Made by a program: the position numbers and the translations under genes. Shown in pieces: positions 13,370 through 25,700 of a DNA stretch of 64,000 nucleotides (within the stretch, counting starts at the first letter, position 1; the number at the start of each line of letters is the position of its first letter). The DNA is taken from NCBI GenBank assembly GCA_976551045.1, contig CDPCPM010000160.1, positions 1,054,001 to 1,118,000 on the forward strand, in the 5' to 3' direction. The notes under the pieces are model-generated. The model ran no database searches and had not been told where the DNA came from. It worked only from the letters and a program-made list of their open reading frames with translations. This DNA is from Glaucostegus cemiculus (Eukaryota).

Positions 13370-14162
13370 TGTGGTAGTAAAGGGTTAAAATTGCCACTAT
13401 CTTTGGTTTCTAGAAAAGACCACAGACTTCTTCCCAACCTGGACTGGGTAGGGGGATGACTGCTTAGCTGAGGAATGTCAGGCATGTTGATCACCTTTGT
13501 CTAGGTATCAGAATACATTGAGCTGACAGGGACCAACATTAACATCTATAGCACAGACTACCATTGAAACTGGCAATTAGTATCACTGCAGACTAACACT
13601 ATCGCTATAGACAGCTGCAGCCCCCCCCCCACTGTTTTGAATCAACAATCGTTGTAGACAGCTGCAGCCCCGTTGTTTGAAATCGACATCCCTCTATATC
13701 CCTATAGTCAACAGTAATGTCAACTGAAATTTACATAGTATCAGACTCCAGCTCTGTCATTAACATTGGGAGGGAAGCAGACAGTCCGGCAGCTAACAGG
13801 GGTGATACCCACGTTTGTCCCTATTGATCGGAATCCAATTATACTTGAGGGACTACTTTTACATTTGTATAGTTTGTCGGAAACTCTTGATCGGAATCCA
13901 ATTATACTTGATGACTACTTTTTACATTTGTATAGTTTGTTCGAAACTCACGGCGCCGGGTGCATGGGGTTAGCATGGGAAAATCTGTATAAATTTCTGT
14001 CTGCCCACTGCTCTGAGAGATACCTTGGGAAGCGACTCTGTGTGAGTGCTAAAGGGACTCTCCTAGCAGTACTGCTAAGAAAATAAAGGTACCTTTCGAC
14101 CAGACCTCGTGGCACTGTGTTTCTTGCAACGGACAGAAGGGGAAATCGATATCGGGATGACA
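13370..14162 (+). mobile_element. Solo LTR (ERV or gypsy-type), 793 bp
   Basis: TGT...ACA termini, 4-bp target-site duplication CCTC (13366-13369, 14163-14166), TATA-like GTATAAA ~13987, AATAAA ~14082. Confidence 0.75.
13824..13949. repeat. 63-bp tandem duplication inside the LTR U3 region
   Basis: ttgatcggaatccaattatacttga...gaaactc at 13824-13886 and 13887-13949. Confidence 0.9.
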
Positions 14163-14774
14163 CCTCAATGCCCCCTTCCCCATTGAGTACCGGATTCCAG
14201 AAGGATTAACAGGGCGGGCGGGTACGGAGAGGTTATTTCCCCTGCGCTGTAGGGTGTGAAACCAGGGGAGGCTGTCTCAGGATAAAAGCTGTCCATTTAA
14301 TACAGTGATGAGGATGGTTTGATTCACCAGAATCTTTGACATTCTGACCCAGGATGCAGCGAATATTCAGTCTCAGAGTGCAAAGTTTTTAGATAGGGTA
14401 AGTCTTGATTATGGACTCTTAAAGATTCCGGAGATTGCAGGCGACGTACGAGATCGGACATGACCCGTCTGAAAGGCGGAGCCGGCTCGAAGATTCGGGT
14501 GGTCTGCAGTTACCCACATGACCCCAGGTCCACGGATGCCAAACCACCCTCCTGTAGTAACAGGACAACGCCTGTGCTCTGCGCTGTTGCACTTTCGACC
14601 ACACATTTGTAAGCAGCTGTTACAGTGTTGGTAACAGGTGTGCAGTTGTGCCCCTCCCTGGAAATGCCCACCTGCTGAATGTCTCAGCAGTAGAGCATCC
14701 TGACACAGAAATACCCTTCCCTAGATATAGGAAAGTTAATGTAGACTTTAAAGGAGGAGGCATCAAAATTGTTA

Positions 14775-15012
14775 TTAATTTATTTATTGGTATTGGTATT
14801 GGATTATTATTGTCACGTACCGAGGTACAGTGAAAAGCTTGTCTTCCAAACCAATCGTACAGGTCAACTCATTACACAGTGCAGTTACATTGAGTTAAAA
14901 GAGTGCATTGGTGTAGTACAGGTAAAAATAATAGCAGTACAGAGTAAAGTGTCACAGGTACAGAGAAAGAGCAGTGCAATAAGGTGCAAGGTCGCAACAA
15001 GTTAGATCGTGA
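14775..15012 (-). mobile_element. Non-LTR retrotransposon 3' end; same family as 63600-63860
   Basis: Reverse complement matches gaccttgcac.ttattg...cactgcacttt...tgtacc...acctcggtac....gacaataataa at 63660-63850. Confidence 0.6.
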
Positions 15013-16326
15013 AGAATATATAGCATGATTTTCCTTTGCATTTCGGGGATGCTCTAAATATATCATCCACAAAGAAAGATGGTGCAGGGAACAGACATTT
15101 GCAGCTTCCGAACCTTGGGTCAACTGTTGATAAATCGCTGACAAAGGGAGAAGCTCAGAACACCAGGGAAATGCGCAGTTCCGTGGCTTCTTTCACCTTC
15201 ATTTCCAGAATCCAGAGTCGGAGAGGAATAACAAAGATTTCCTTCAGATTGTTATAGGATTCTAACGGCCATAACACGGCCACGGTCTCAACAACTTAAC
15301 CTTGAGTTTCTGATGATACATTAATGAACATTTCCTTTGTAGAAAGAAATGTGAAGTGTCAATGCTGGTGTTCAAGAGGATTTGGATGCACATGTGTGGG
15401 GTACACGGGTGTTTAACATGAAGCTATAGTGTGCACTGAGGAGAAAGGTTATGGTGGCCTTTATGACAAACGCTTTGGAGACTCAGGGTACGAAATCCTG
15501 TTGAAACTGCGCAGGGTTTCGGCGAAAGTGGACATGATGTCCAACGTACAATCAACCAAAGGTAGGACAGACATGCCTTGAGGTTTCCCGCCGACCGATG
15601 ACCAATGAGGATGTGCCGAATCTGAGAGTCCTCAAAGAGATGTATATGAATGCTGAGGGTAATTGGAGGGCAGATGCTGAAAATGTTGATGCCACTTTCC
15701 TATTTCCCATATTCGAAACCCTGGACTCGCGTAATGGGCCATCAATAAGATCGGGAAACACTGGAACGTGGAACAGAACGTGTGGTTCCTCCACTCCGCT
15801 CCGCTCGGCAATAAGATAACGGCTAATCTGATCTTGGTCACACCTCAATTCCAGTCGGTCCCCATCAGTCGCAACCTCGGATGTCCAACCACATGTCTGT
15901 GTCGGCTGTGAATATTGTACACTCAGTGACCCCACCTTCAAAGCTCGCCGAGGTAGAGAAGTCAAAAGGTTGACCATCCTCGTTGAGTACAAACACCTCA
16001 TCGTCTGCATGTTAATTGCGACACCACTTACTCTGAAATTCTTCCCCGTGCGAGATATCCTCGCTCGTATCCTCTCTGACAGCACCAACCAACCAAAACC
16101 CACTCCGGACTTTACAAGAATAGCACACAGCCAAGATATAGTTTGGGTGCAGTATTTTTATTCTCGGTTTTCTTTGGACGTGGAGTTCGGGTACACGTGC
16201 GGCAAACGGGAAGCAGAGATGCGAAGGTGGTCAAACACCAAAGTCGGGGAGGAGGGTGATGCTCACGTTGTTGGTAAATTGTGAGTAGGCTTCCCCAGAA
16301 AGATGAGGGTCTGAAATGATCACCAT

Positions 16327-16507
16327 GTGTGTGAGTGCCTGTGTGTGTGTGTCTGTCTGTCTGTCCGTCTCTGTCTGTATCTGAGCGGCTGTGTCTGTGT
16401 ATGTGTCTGTGTTTGTATGTTTGTGTCTGTTTATGTCTATCTGAGTTTTGCGTGTGTATGTGTGTGTGTGTGTCTGTCTGTCTGTGTTCATCTGTGTCAG
16501 TGTCTGG
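16327..16507. repeat. Compound (TG)n/(TGTC)n microsatellite immediately upstream of the gene B promoter
   Basis: Direct reading. Confidence 0.9.
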
Positions 16508-16589
16508 GTGAGATTTTCTCTATTTCTGTTGCAGACAATTTGCACGTGATTTTGATTCGCTGGAAATTCTTCGCTATCAGCTGAGCGGG

Positions 16590-16704
16590 GACCGGACCAA
16601 TCAGCGCTGCAGCTTCTGACGACTGACTCCAGTGATTTGGCCCGGAGACCAGGAAGCGCGGCTCAGTCTCCGAGTGTAACAAACACAGGCGCTGCTCTCT
16701 CGGG
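16590..16704 (+). promoter_or_regulatory. Putative gene B proximal promoter/5'UTR with NF-Y CCAAT box (GACCAATCAG, CCAAT at 16597-16601), TGACTCC and ETS-like AGGAAG
   Basis: Motifs conserved in order and spacing upstream of gene A; no obvious TATA box. Confidence 0.5.
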
Positions 16705-16756
16705 ATGGAGGGGCTGCCGCTCACCGCGCTCGCTCTTTGTCTCTTCATACCTGCGG
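16705..16756 (+). CDS. Gene B exon 1, signal peptide (MEGLPLTALALCLFIPA)
   Basis: Kozak-like cgggATGG, hydrophobic leader, phase-1 donor G|GTGAGG; near-identical to gene A leader. Confidence 0.9.
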
Positions 16757-19700
16757 GTGAGGGTCACTCTGTCGGAGAGATAGTTAACAAGGAATCACAG
16801 CGGCGGAGGGTTGTGGAAAAGCGTATGAGCTTCCCAGAAACGATCTAATATTGAGCTAAGTGCAGATTCTGGAGTCTCTCCGCTTCTTTCGCTTTTCCCT
16901 CACACGAATTTTTCTTCCTCAGGTGAGTCACAGTTTACCATCCACGCAGAACACAGCCGGATCAATGTGACCGAAGGAGGAAATGCGTTCTTTTCAGTGC
17001 GGCCGACGGCCGAGTTCGCCGGTGGAAACTGGGGTTTCGATGGGAAAACAGTCGTCCAGTGGACGGATACAAAACCGTTCTATGGTAGTGGGTACCAATC
17101 ACGGGCTGAGCTGTTCACCTCCAACGGGTCGCTCCTACTGAAGATGGTGAACACCTTGGACAGCGGAGAGTACACTGTGACCATGTTTACACATAGCGGC
17201 TCTTTAGCTTCAGCGACCGTCACTCTGCGCATCACTGGTGAGTGAGACATTGGTCGTGTTTAATCATTTCTTTGTGACTGCTGCTCTCATTTTAAGTTGG
17301 TGGTGAATGAATCTAATTTAATCTTTCCTGTCCAACTCACTTGTCCTTACACTGTAAGTGTGCAACAGCTTACAGGCTGTTACATGGTCGCAGTGTAACT
17401 TGGTGAAGGAGGTATTTTTCCGGTCTGGAATTTGTAAATAAAGAGTAAGGCCGGTCTACCTTCGATTCATTTTCGGATATCTCTCGGGCAGGCATCTGCC
17501 GTCTGGTAAACTACAGACAGAGGATGCATGTGGGGTGGGACACGGTGCCGTGTTTCTCTGCCTCAGCCTCCCTTTCACCTCACTCTTCCATCGCATGACA
17601 ATGCTAGTGTTTACCACGCGATAAAAGGGAACTGTATTTTGATCCAGGAGTTAAATCAGTGTCCCCAGTTTTCCAGGGGGAGTCTGTGGAGAGAATATAA
17701 GCAGAAGGAGGGTTTCAGGTCGATGCCATTTCATCAGATAGTGAGTTGAGAAGTCAATGATATCCCATCGGACCAGGGGCTTTCCTCCTGCCTGTGATCG
17801 GCGCTCCCGGATCTTCTTGAAAGGAAAGATGTAGACCCTATTGCAACAAACGGCGGGACTTCCGGGCCTCATGACCTGCATCACCACGAGACAAGGTGGA
17901 TTTGGCCTAATGACTTGTCCTTGGGTCTAGAAACTATTATTTATCACAGAGGGGTTGATGCACACTGCTACTGGAGCAGGGTCAGGAGTTCCGAAAACTT
18001 AAAATGCTCTACCGGAAGTTTTACTCCAATGGCCTGTGCCTGATGCATGTACAAATGATATGTTAGCAGAGCACAATAGTTTTTGTTACAAGTTGTTTTA
18101 ATTCACAAAGTGTATTTCTTTTGCTTTGAACTAACGGCGTGGAATGGAGATTTCAGTGGCTCAATTGCCTTAGAAAGTTGTTGATAACATTGGAGCGCCG
18201 GACTGTTATGTGCTTTACATTTTAACTGTCTGTCTCTTATCTTACGCCTTCCCAATACATGTTCAGAATTCAGTGCAGATGACGCTATTCTTTAACAGAT
18301 CTACAGGTGGACTTCCTGATATTAAAGTGATTATTTGTATCCTTTGCACACCTCTTCAGTGTCGCTACTTTATCTACTTCACCTGACAAAACAAAGAGAG
18401 ATACTGGGGTGCATTAGCAATACAGACTGTGGTTTAAAAGTTGTCCATACATTTCATTGTTGATTTGGAGCTAAAGATTAGGGATCAAGCGTAGACCTTC
18501 ACCCTGCCCAGCCTTCTGAGTTATGTTTGTGGTAATAGATTTCCTTATTACGTGAGTTACTTTTAACACCAGCACATATCTCAATAGAGTCATATAGTCA
18601 TACAGCACGGAAACAGGCCCTTCGGCCCACTGCGTACTTGCCCGCCATCAAGCACCCATTTCCACGTAATGTATTATTCTCCACATTCCCATCAACTCCC
18701 TCCAGACTCGACTGCTCGCCTACACCCTAGGGACAAATTGCAGTGGCCATTTAGCGAACCATTTTTTTGCGGATATTGGAACCATTTTGTTCCAAGGCTG
18801 CACATAACCAAGCAATGAAGATGACCGTTTATTGATTAAGGACAGGGAATTCGTTCCAGTTCTTTTGTATAAACAGGCAGAAACTTGGGCTTTCCTCTTT
18901 CCTCCATGACGCGGTCCAGACGACAGATCTCCCTGCTGACAGGTCAAAGCATTCAGAAGACTTGAAACAATGAGACACCCCACAGAATACCTTTGTTTCA
19001 GTTTTCTCACGCTTGGTTTGTAAATGTAAAGAGTAAAGCAGGTTGGGACATAACCAGAATTGTACGGACACAATTATACATTAGTTATAGTTGGTGTCTC
19101 TGCTGTCATCTCTGCACATGTTACTTTGATTGATGAGGTTGTAAATGGGTAGGAGCCGGTTTCATGGTATTTAGAAAGTTTTTATCAAGGTCGCAATAGC
19201 AGGTGTGATCCCCTCCATTCCAACAAGTTTTCGCTGGCTGTCATATTGATGCTGAAAGCCAGTCAGATTCAGTGTGTCGTAACCCGTCCAATTACGTGGC
19301 AGCAACGGAAACGAACCTTGGCATTCCCTTTGGAAAGCAAATGTGCACCTGCTGTGTTAATATAATATTTAAGATCTGAACAACTGGTTGCGTTTAGATA
19401 GTTTCTATCATGTTCTAACTTATTCTCTGGTACCCATGGGAATTTTATGAAACAAAATTTGGAACCAGGATAATATGGGGCAGGCGGCAGACGGCTTGGG
19501 CCAAAGGGAGATTTGAATGGGAGGAAGATGGGGAGGGGATGGAGATGGAGGGAGAGTGTCAGTGTGGACGGGATTACAACAACAAACAGTTGACTGCTGC
19601 TTCCAGCAGAAATTAAAAACTAGATACATGAAAGGAAAGGAATAATCTCCGTTCGTGTGTTGGCGGTTGTAGATTAGAATCCGGAAGTGAAACATGTCCA

Positions 19701-22700
19701 TTCATAACTCGTCGCAATTCCCAAGTTTAGACTGGTGTGGCAATGGGATGGGGAAGAGTTCCTGGGACATACCTGGCTCCGTCAGGTTTTATCTCCTTTG
19801 AAGTTGAGAAATATTGTGAAGCCACACATGAGTGAACCTTCAACTGAGTGACTGGAGATAGAACAGTGAAATCTCTGGTCACTACGTTAAACAATAGATG
19901 TTCTCCAGAGAGAGTAGCAAGTCACCAATTACACTCCCAGCAAAGGCCCATAGGCAGCTCACACATCCATGACCCACGGTCAGACACAACACGATCCCAT
20001 TTCCAACGGCCGGGACCAGCAGTGCGAGGCCCGTTGTTTAAGGCGAGAATCTCATCTGCCCTCTGCATTTAAATAAAACTTTGCCACACTGCGCAGAACC
20101 AGACCATTCGACCCATCAATCCATGTCTGATCCTACACCAATCCACTTTAATTCTCTCCAGGTTCCCGACAATTCCTCCACGATTCTAGCACTCGGCTTA
20201 GCAGCAGGAAAATTTAGAGCAGCTAAATTCTGCTCCACTTCTGCTCCATAATTACCCGAGTGGAGGAGGAAGAATGGAGGAGCAGGTCATTGTTTAACTG
20301 GAGAGAGACAGCGGAGATCTGGGTGTCCGACTGCATGAAGCACTGGGAAGTTAGCGTAGACGTAGATAAGAATCAATGTTGTCGTCGTTGCAAAGGCGAT
20401 GAATATGAATGGAGACAACTGGATAGACAATGGGTGAGATCATAGCTGCACGACTGCATGTAGTCCCTCTCTCTCTCTGTGCCTCTCTGTGCCTATCTGT
20501 CTTGCTGAATGTTGTCCTGCTGAGAGTGAGCGGGGTGCTCCCTGCTCCACTACCGAACAAGAGAAAAATGACTCCTCACTTTGCAAGAGTTATATTTTGC
20601 GTCATGTTCCAGTTATGGTTCTGCAACAGACAGAGCCCCGATATTGCAGAGGACAGACAAGTGGCTGGATCTGAAACCATCGAGGATACAGGAAGAAAGG
20701 TCAGCTCTGTAGAAAAAAAATAGATGGGAGATGCAAGCTCAACGGTTTAGAAATTGAACAGTGTTGCTGCCTCGAGTGACCTTTGTGTCGGTGTACACAA
20801 ATCAATGAAATGTAACGTGCAGGTTCTCCGAACAATTAGGATGTAAATATTTAGCCCATACGTAACTGATACACAAATAAATCCCCTGACCTTTATTACA
20901 AAAGGGTCTGTGTATGAATGATACCATTTTCCAACTATATCGAGCCCTGATGAGAGAGCACTTTGGATATGGGGTTATCTACAAGTAGGGACAGGGTTTC
21001 AGAACAAGAGATCACGCTTTTAAGACTGAGGTGAGGAGTACTTTATAGCATTATTTCTCGAATATTTACTATTTATTTTAATGATACCGAGGAGGGGTGA
21101 ATTCTCAGGTACTTTTTGTTTATCGTTAACACGAAAATAGTTGGATGGCACGTTCACATGAGGACACTGTGCCCCATCAACAATATATGAACAGATTGAT
21201 TCAGTGGGCAAAACCCGGTCACAAAGAGTTTAATATGGGGAAGTGTGATGTCATGCACTTCAGTGAGTGGAATCCAACGGCACACTATTAACTGAATGGA
21301 AAGATATTGCAAATGAGTGATGTACGAGGGATCCCAACGGAGCTTTGGCAAGAATCACAAGAACTTTGAAGGCAGCTGCAGCAAGTAGTTAAGGAGGCAA
21401 CTAGTGTATTGGCACTTATTGCGGTGGGATTCAGAAATGGGAGGTTTGTTCCAGTTCTGCACGGTGTTGCTGAGGCCACTTCTGGAATGCTGTGCAGTTT
21501 TTTCCACTTACCGAAGAAGCGACACAATCGAGTTTGAGCGAGTCCAAAAGTGATTCCCAGAATAATTTATGCGATGAGAGGATTGTCCATTTAGAGAGAC
21601 TCAACAGGTTTGGTCTGTATTCCTAGAATGTGGAAGAATTAGGTTCTCCTCTGAGGGCGGGGAACTTCATGACTTCTCTCCCCTAGACAGCTGCAGAAGC
21701 AGAAATATGGAGTTTATCCCAGGCCACCATTCCCAGACAATGAAAATACAAGAGAGTCGAACAGTATACCGAGAGGGCGGTAAATTTGTGTGAGGACAAG
21801 ACTGGATCAACCATGATCTGAGTGATTTTTGGAGCGAGCTTCTTTAATTGGTCACATGTGGCCCCTGAATCGAGCTCGTAAACAGTTCTTGGTGTTTTCT
21901 CTTCGTTAACTAATTACTAGTGTGCAATCTCAGAGCACTATTTTGCGTCTGTTCAATAACTCATTTCGGATGTTAGTTGCTTCTTTTTGTTCAGGTGACT
22001 CGTTTAATTCCGCTTTTCATGTCATAAAACTCTCCTTTTCTCAACCTGACACAGCACACAAACTGTTACCGCGCCTTTCCATATTCCACTTGTCTTGCAT
22101 TCATAAATCAAAAAGAAACAGAACCAAGATTCTCAAATACCAACTGATGTACTAATTACCTCTGTCACGCTCCTCTGCATCATAAGACACCAGTGATCGT
22201 TCCTTTCCTGTATTTTGACAGAAGCCATTTCTAAGCCCACCATCTCAGCCAATAACACTCATCCCGTAGAGCACAACGATGCAGTTGCTCTAACGTGCGA
22301 TGCCACTGGGTCACCAACCTCATTTGAATGGTTTCATCGAAATGAAACAATTCGCTCCGGGGATAGGACCGCCCTGACTCAGGGCAATAAAACCCTCGTC
22401 ATATCGGGAGTGTTGCGGACTGATGGAGAATTTGTGTGCCGAGTGTCTGATGCTTACAATGAAAAGAGAAGTGATCCATATAATCTGAATGTTGCCTGTA
22501 AGTGTAAAAACAAACTCCGCAAGCATTCGTTAATTATTACCAAACCTACGGAAAGTACTGGAAGGGAAGTTTTTCACTTTCTGTTTGTTTGATCTGAATC
22601 AGATATCTGACACGAAATTTGTAAAAACGTACATGGCGTCATGGTTACATGTTCAACCGTGCACGTCTGAGCAATGTAGGTTTGGTAATGCCTGGGGAAG

Positions 22701-25700
22701 CTGACAGATAGGACGATGATCAAGGATTATGTTTCTTTGATTCCCTATCAATCACCTTGCCCAGGACAGAGTTTCCTTGGAAATGCTTTTCTTGGGTACA
22801 TCAAACAAAGCTTTGTATCCACACCTCCAAGAAATTAGCGATTACAGCAGGTCGCTGTTGAAACAGACAATTTTAATTAGCAAAATTTGCAATGCAAAGT
22901 TTACAAAGAATCAAATTCGAAAAATGGGATTAATGTTGAAGAAAGCTTTGTTTTCCATGAAATATTTAGGTTTAAGATTCGTTGCAAATTTAGTTTAGTT
23001 CAATTCTATGCATTGCACAGCTGGTAAATTGCATGATTTTACTGGCTTAATGGGGCGTGGGTGGCTCGTAGTTCGGTCGCACTCCGAGTTTTGCGTCATA
23101 TTTGAACCAACCAATGCGTTTATTTTAGATGGACTGGAATCTCTAATCGTATCAATCAGCCCAGAGCTTGCTTTATATCCTGCGGGATCAAATGTAACTT
23201 TTTCCTGTTCCACTGTTTCAAACCCCGCTGCTCAGTTTCAGTGGAATCGCAATAATTCAACACATCAGAAAAGCGGGAATCAGCTAATCATTGCAGACCT
23301 GTCCTTGAATCACACTGGCAATTACACTTGCAAAGCTTTCAACTCGATAACACAGAAATCCAGTGTGACAACAAGGTTCATTGTTGTTATAGGTAGGTGA
23401 AGAAGAAGGTGAGTGCTCCCTCCTTACTTATGGTGGCTGTTGTTGTGTTAGCTGCAAGATTAGCAGTAGATGTAGAGGAAATTGTGCGACATTGCGTCTG
23501 TTGGCGTTGTTGCTAAAATCTACTATTCTTGTTTTTAAATGTTGATTTCAGTTGTGAAGTTTTAGTTCATTTGCATTTTGTTCTATTTCTTCCTGTTTTC
23601 TTTGTAAAAACGTGGACGTTTGTATCAGGCAACTGATCTTCGCACTCAGACCTGAAGTTAAGAAGCAACTTACGTAGTTCTTTTTATGAACTTCATTGTG
23701 GGGAAATGGGATCTTAGCGCCAACGTTTGAGACCAAAGAAAAGCAGTGAATTCGTGGCAGGATTGTGTCCAATTCTAATCGGGGCACGGCTGGATCAATG
23801 TGGACATTTATGGTCTCTGCACAACAGGAAGAATCTGACACCTCTGGAGAAGATGCAAGAGGTCTGACGCAGCCGCGGTCTGGTCCAGAAATTTATCATT
23901 CCAAGAATATTGGGCTGTAGTAGCTTTTTGAAGCAATACAGTCAATACAGCTGCATAAAATTATATACCGTATGATCGTTAACGAAATCGTGCCCCATGT
24001 GCATCCTGTGAAGCCTTCCCGCACTCGTGCGGATAAACTCTACCTGTCATCTTTCTGCCCATGTCCGTAACTGATCTATATTTTGCTTTATCCTTTGGCA
24101 ACCTTCTTCACAGTTCACAATTCGAGAATTTGTTTAGTCTCCAAACCTACTGATCAGCCCGTCTACTTTTTCGTCGAAGTCACTTCTACAACAGGGGTTC
24201 CAATACGGACCCTGCGCAACACCACTGGTCACAGACCTCCAGCCAGAACAAACCCCCTCCACCACTTCCCTCTGTCTTCTATGGCCAAGAAAATGTTGAA
24301 TCGATTCTACGAAGTCAAGGTGGACCCCGTGGGCCTTAATCTTCTGGAACGGGCTGCCTTGTCTAATGCCTCACGGAAACCCATGCAGGCAACATCCACT
24401 GCCCTACCCTCATCGATGGTCTTCGCCATCTCCTCAAAGAACTCAATCAACTTCGGAAGGTTATGACCAGCCCAGCACAAAGCCTAGCTGACACTGCCCA
24501 AACGACCCATGCTCTTCCAAATGCCAATAAAACACTTGCCTAAAATTCTTCTCAAAGAGCTTCCCTCCTATTGATCCGAGTCTCACTGATCTATCATTTC
24601 CCCTACTGTCGCCTGCTGCACTTTTCAAACAAAGGGACAACTTTAGTTACTCTCCAGCCCTCTGGGACCTCGCCTGGGGTGAGAGTGGACACGAAAGTAT
24701 AAGTCAGCGCCCCAGTAGTCTACACTCTCGCCTTTTTTAATAACCTGGGATGGATCCCATCAGGGCCTGGGGACATCCGTATGAATGTTCTTCAAGAGAC
24801 TCAACACCACCTCGTTGGTCACATGACCATGCCCTGGAAACTTCGCATACCCCTCCCTGATCTCACTGTCCTCCACGCCCTTCTCCTGATCCCAAGTACT
24901 CATGTAGTGCCTCACACACTTCCTCTGGTTGCAGGCTCGGATTCATTCCGTTGTCCAGAAGTTCTCCTACCATCTCCTGGGCTACTTTATTCTTAATGCA
25001 TGTACAAAGGGACAAAGGATATTCCAAAATCCTATTTTAAAAATGATATTTCGTGGTCATTTTTGGCCTAGTTCTTGCAAGAAAGAGTTCTTTCTTGCTT
25101 TCCTTTTATTCCTTAAGGGCAATGTCTGATTTCAGAGGCCTGTTGAATATTCCAGGCTATTTTACGACGGATGAGCGCACAATGGCCAAACAACAGTGCT
25201 AACAGACCAAGCAAGCTCCGCACACTGGCGATGCAGCTTTGGTTTGACGTGTTACGAGCCACTCCAGGCACGCAGCGTCCTCGGGATTTCAAGGTGAGAG
25301 CGGCTGACGCACAGTACGGCAGAAGTTGGCGAAAGACGAGATCCAGATAGGCAGTAGAAACTTGGCTCAGCATCCTTCATATTTAACATAGAAGAGTGTA
25401 GCACAGGAACCGTTCCGCCCGCGATGTTGTGCCGAACTAAAATACTCAGGGGGGAAAAAGCTGATTGTCAAAGGCAGTGAATTAATTCTGGGATATCACA
25501 AAAGGAGATTATCGGGGCCGAATTCCCAGATAACGACCATCAAAGGATTTCGCCTCGATGAAACATTTCAAAATGAAAATGGATTTTTTCAAATCAATGT
25601 CAGTGTTTAGGAACTAATATATGAAATAGTGATTGTAGCTGAAATCTGTTACCTGATAAAAATGAATGCTCTTTAAAATTTGGAAAGCACCATTTCTGTT

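Noticed and set aside
8562-14162. Idea that the two LTR-like elements are the ends of one provirus that captured gene A's 5' exons
   Set aside because: The right element has its own CCTC TSD on both sides, the 5' halves differ, and no gag/pol or primer-binding site lies between them.
15552-16284. Overlapping ORFs of 183 and 104 aa between genes A and B
   Set aside because: No domain similarity or splice structure; partly repeat-derived.
16231-16584. Cys/Val-rich and Thr/His-rich ORFs
   Set aside because: Translations of the TG microsatellite.
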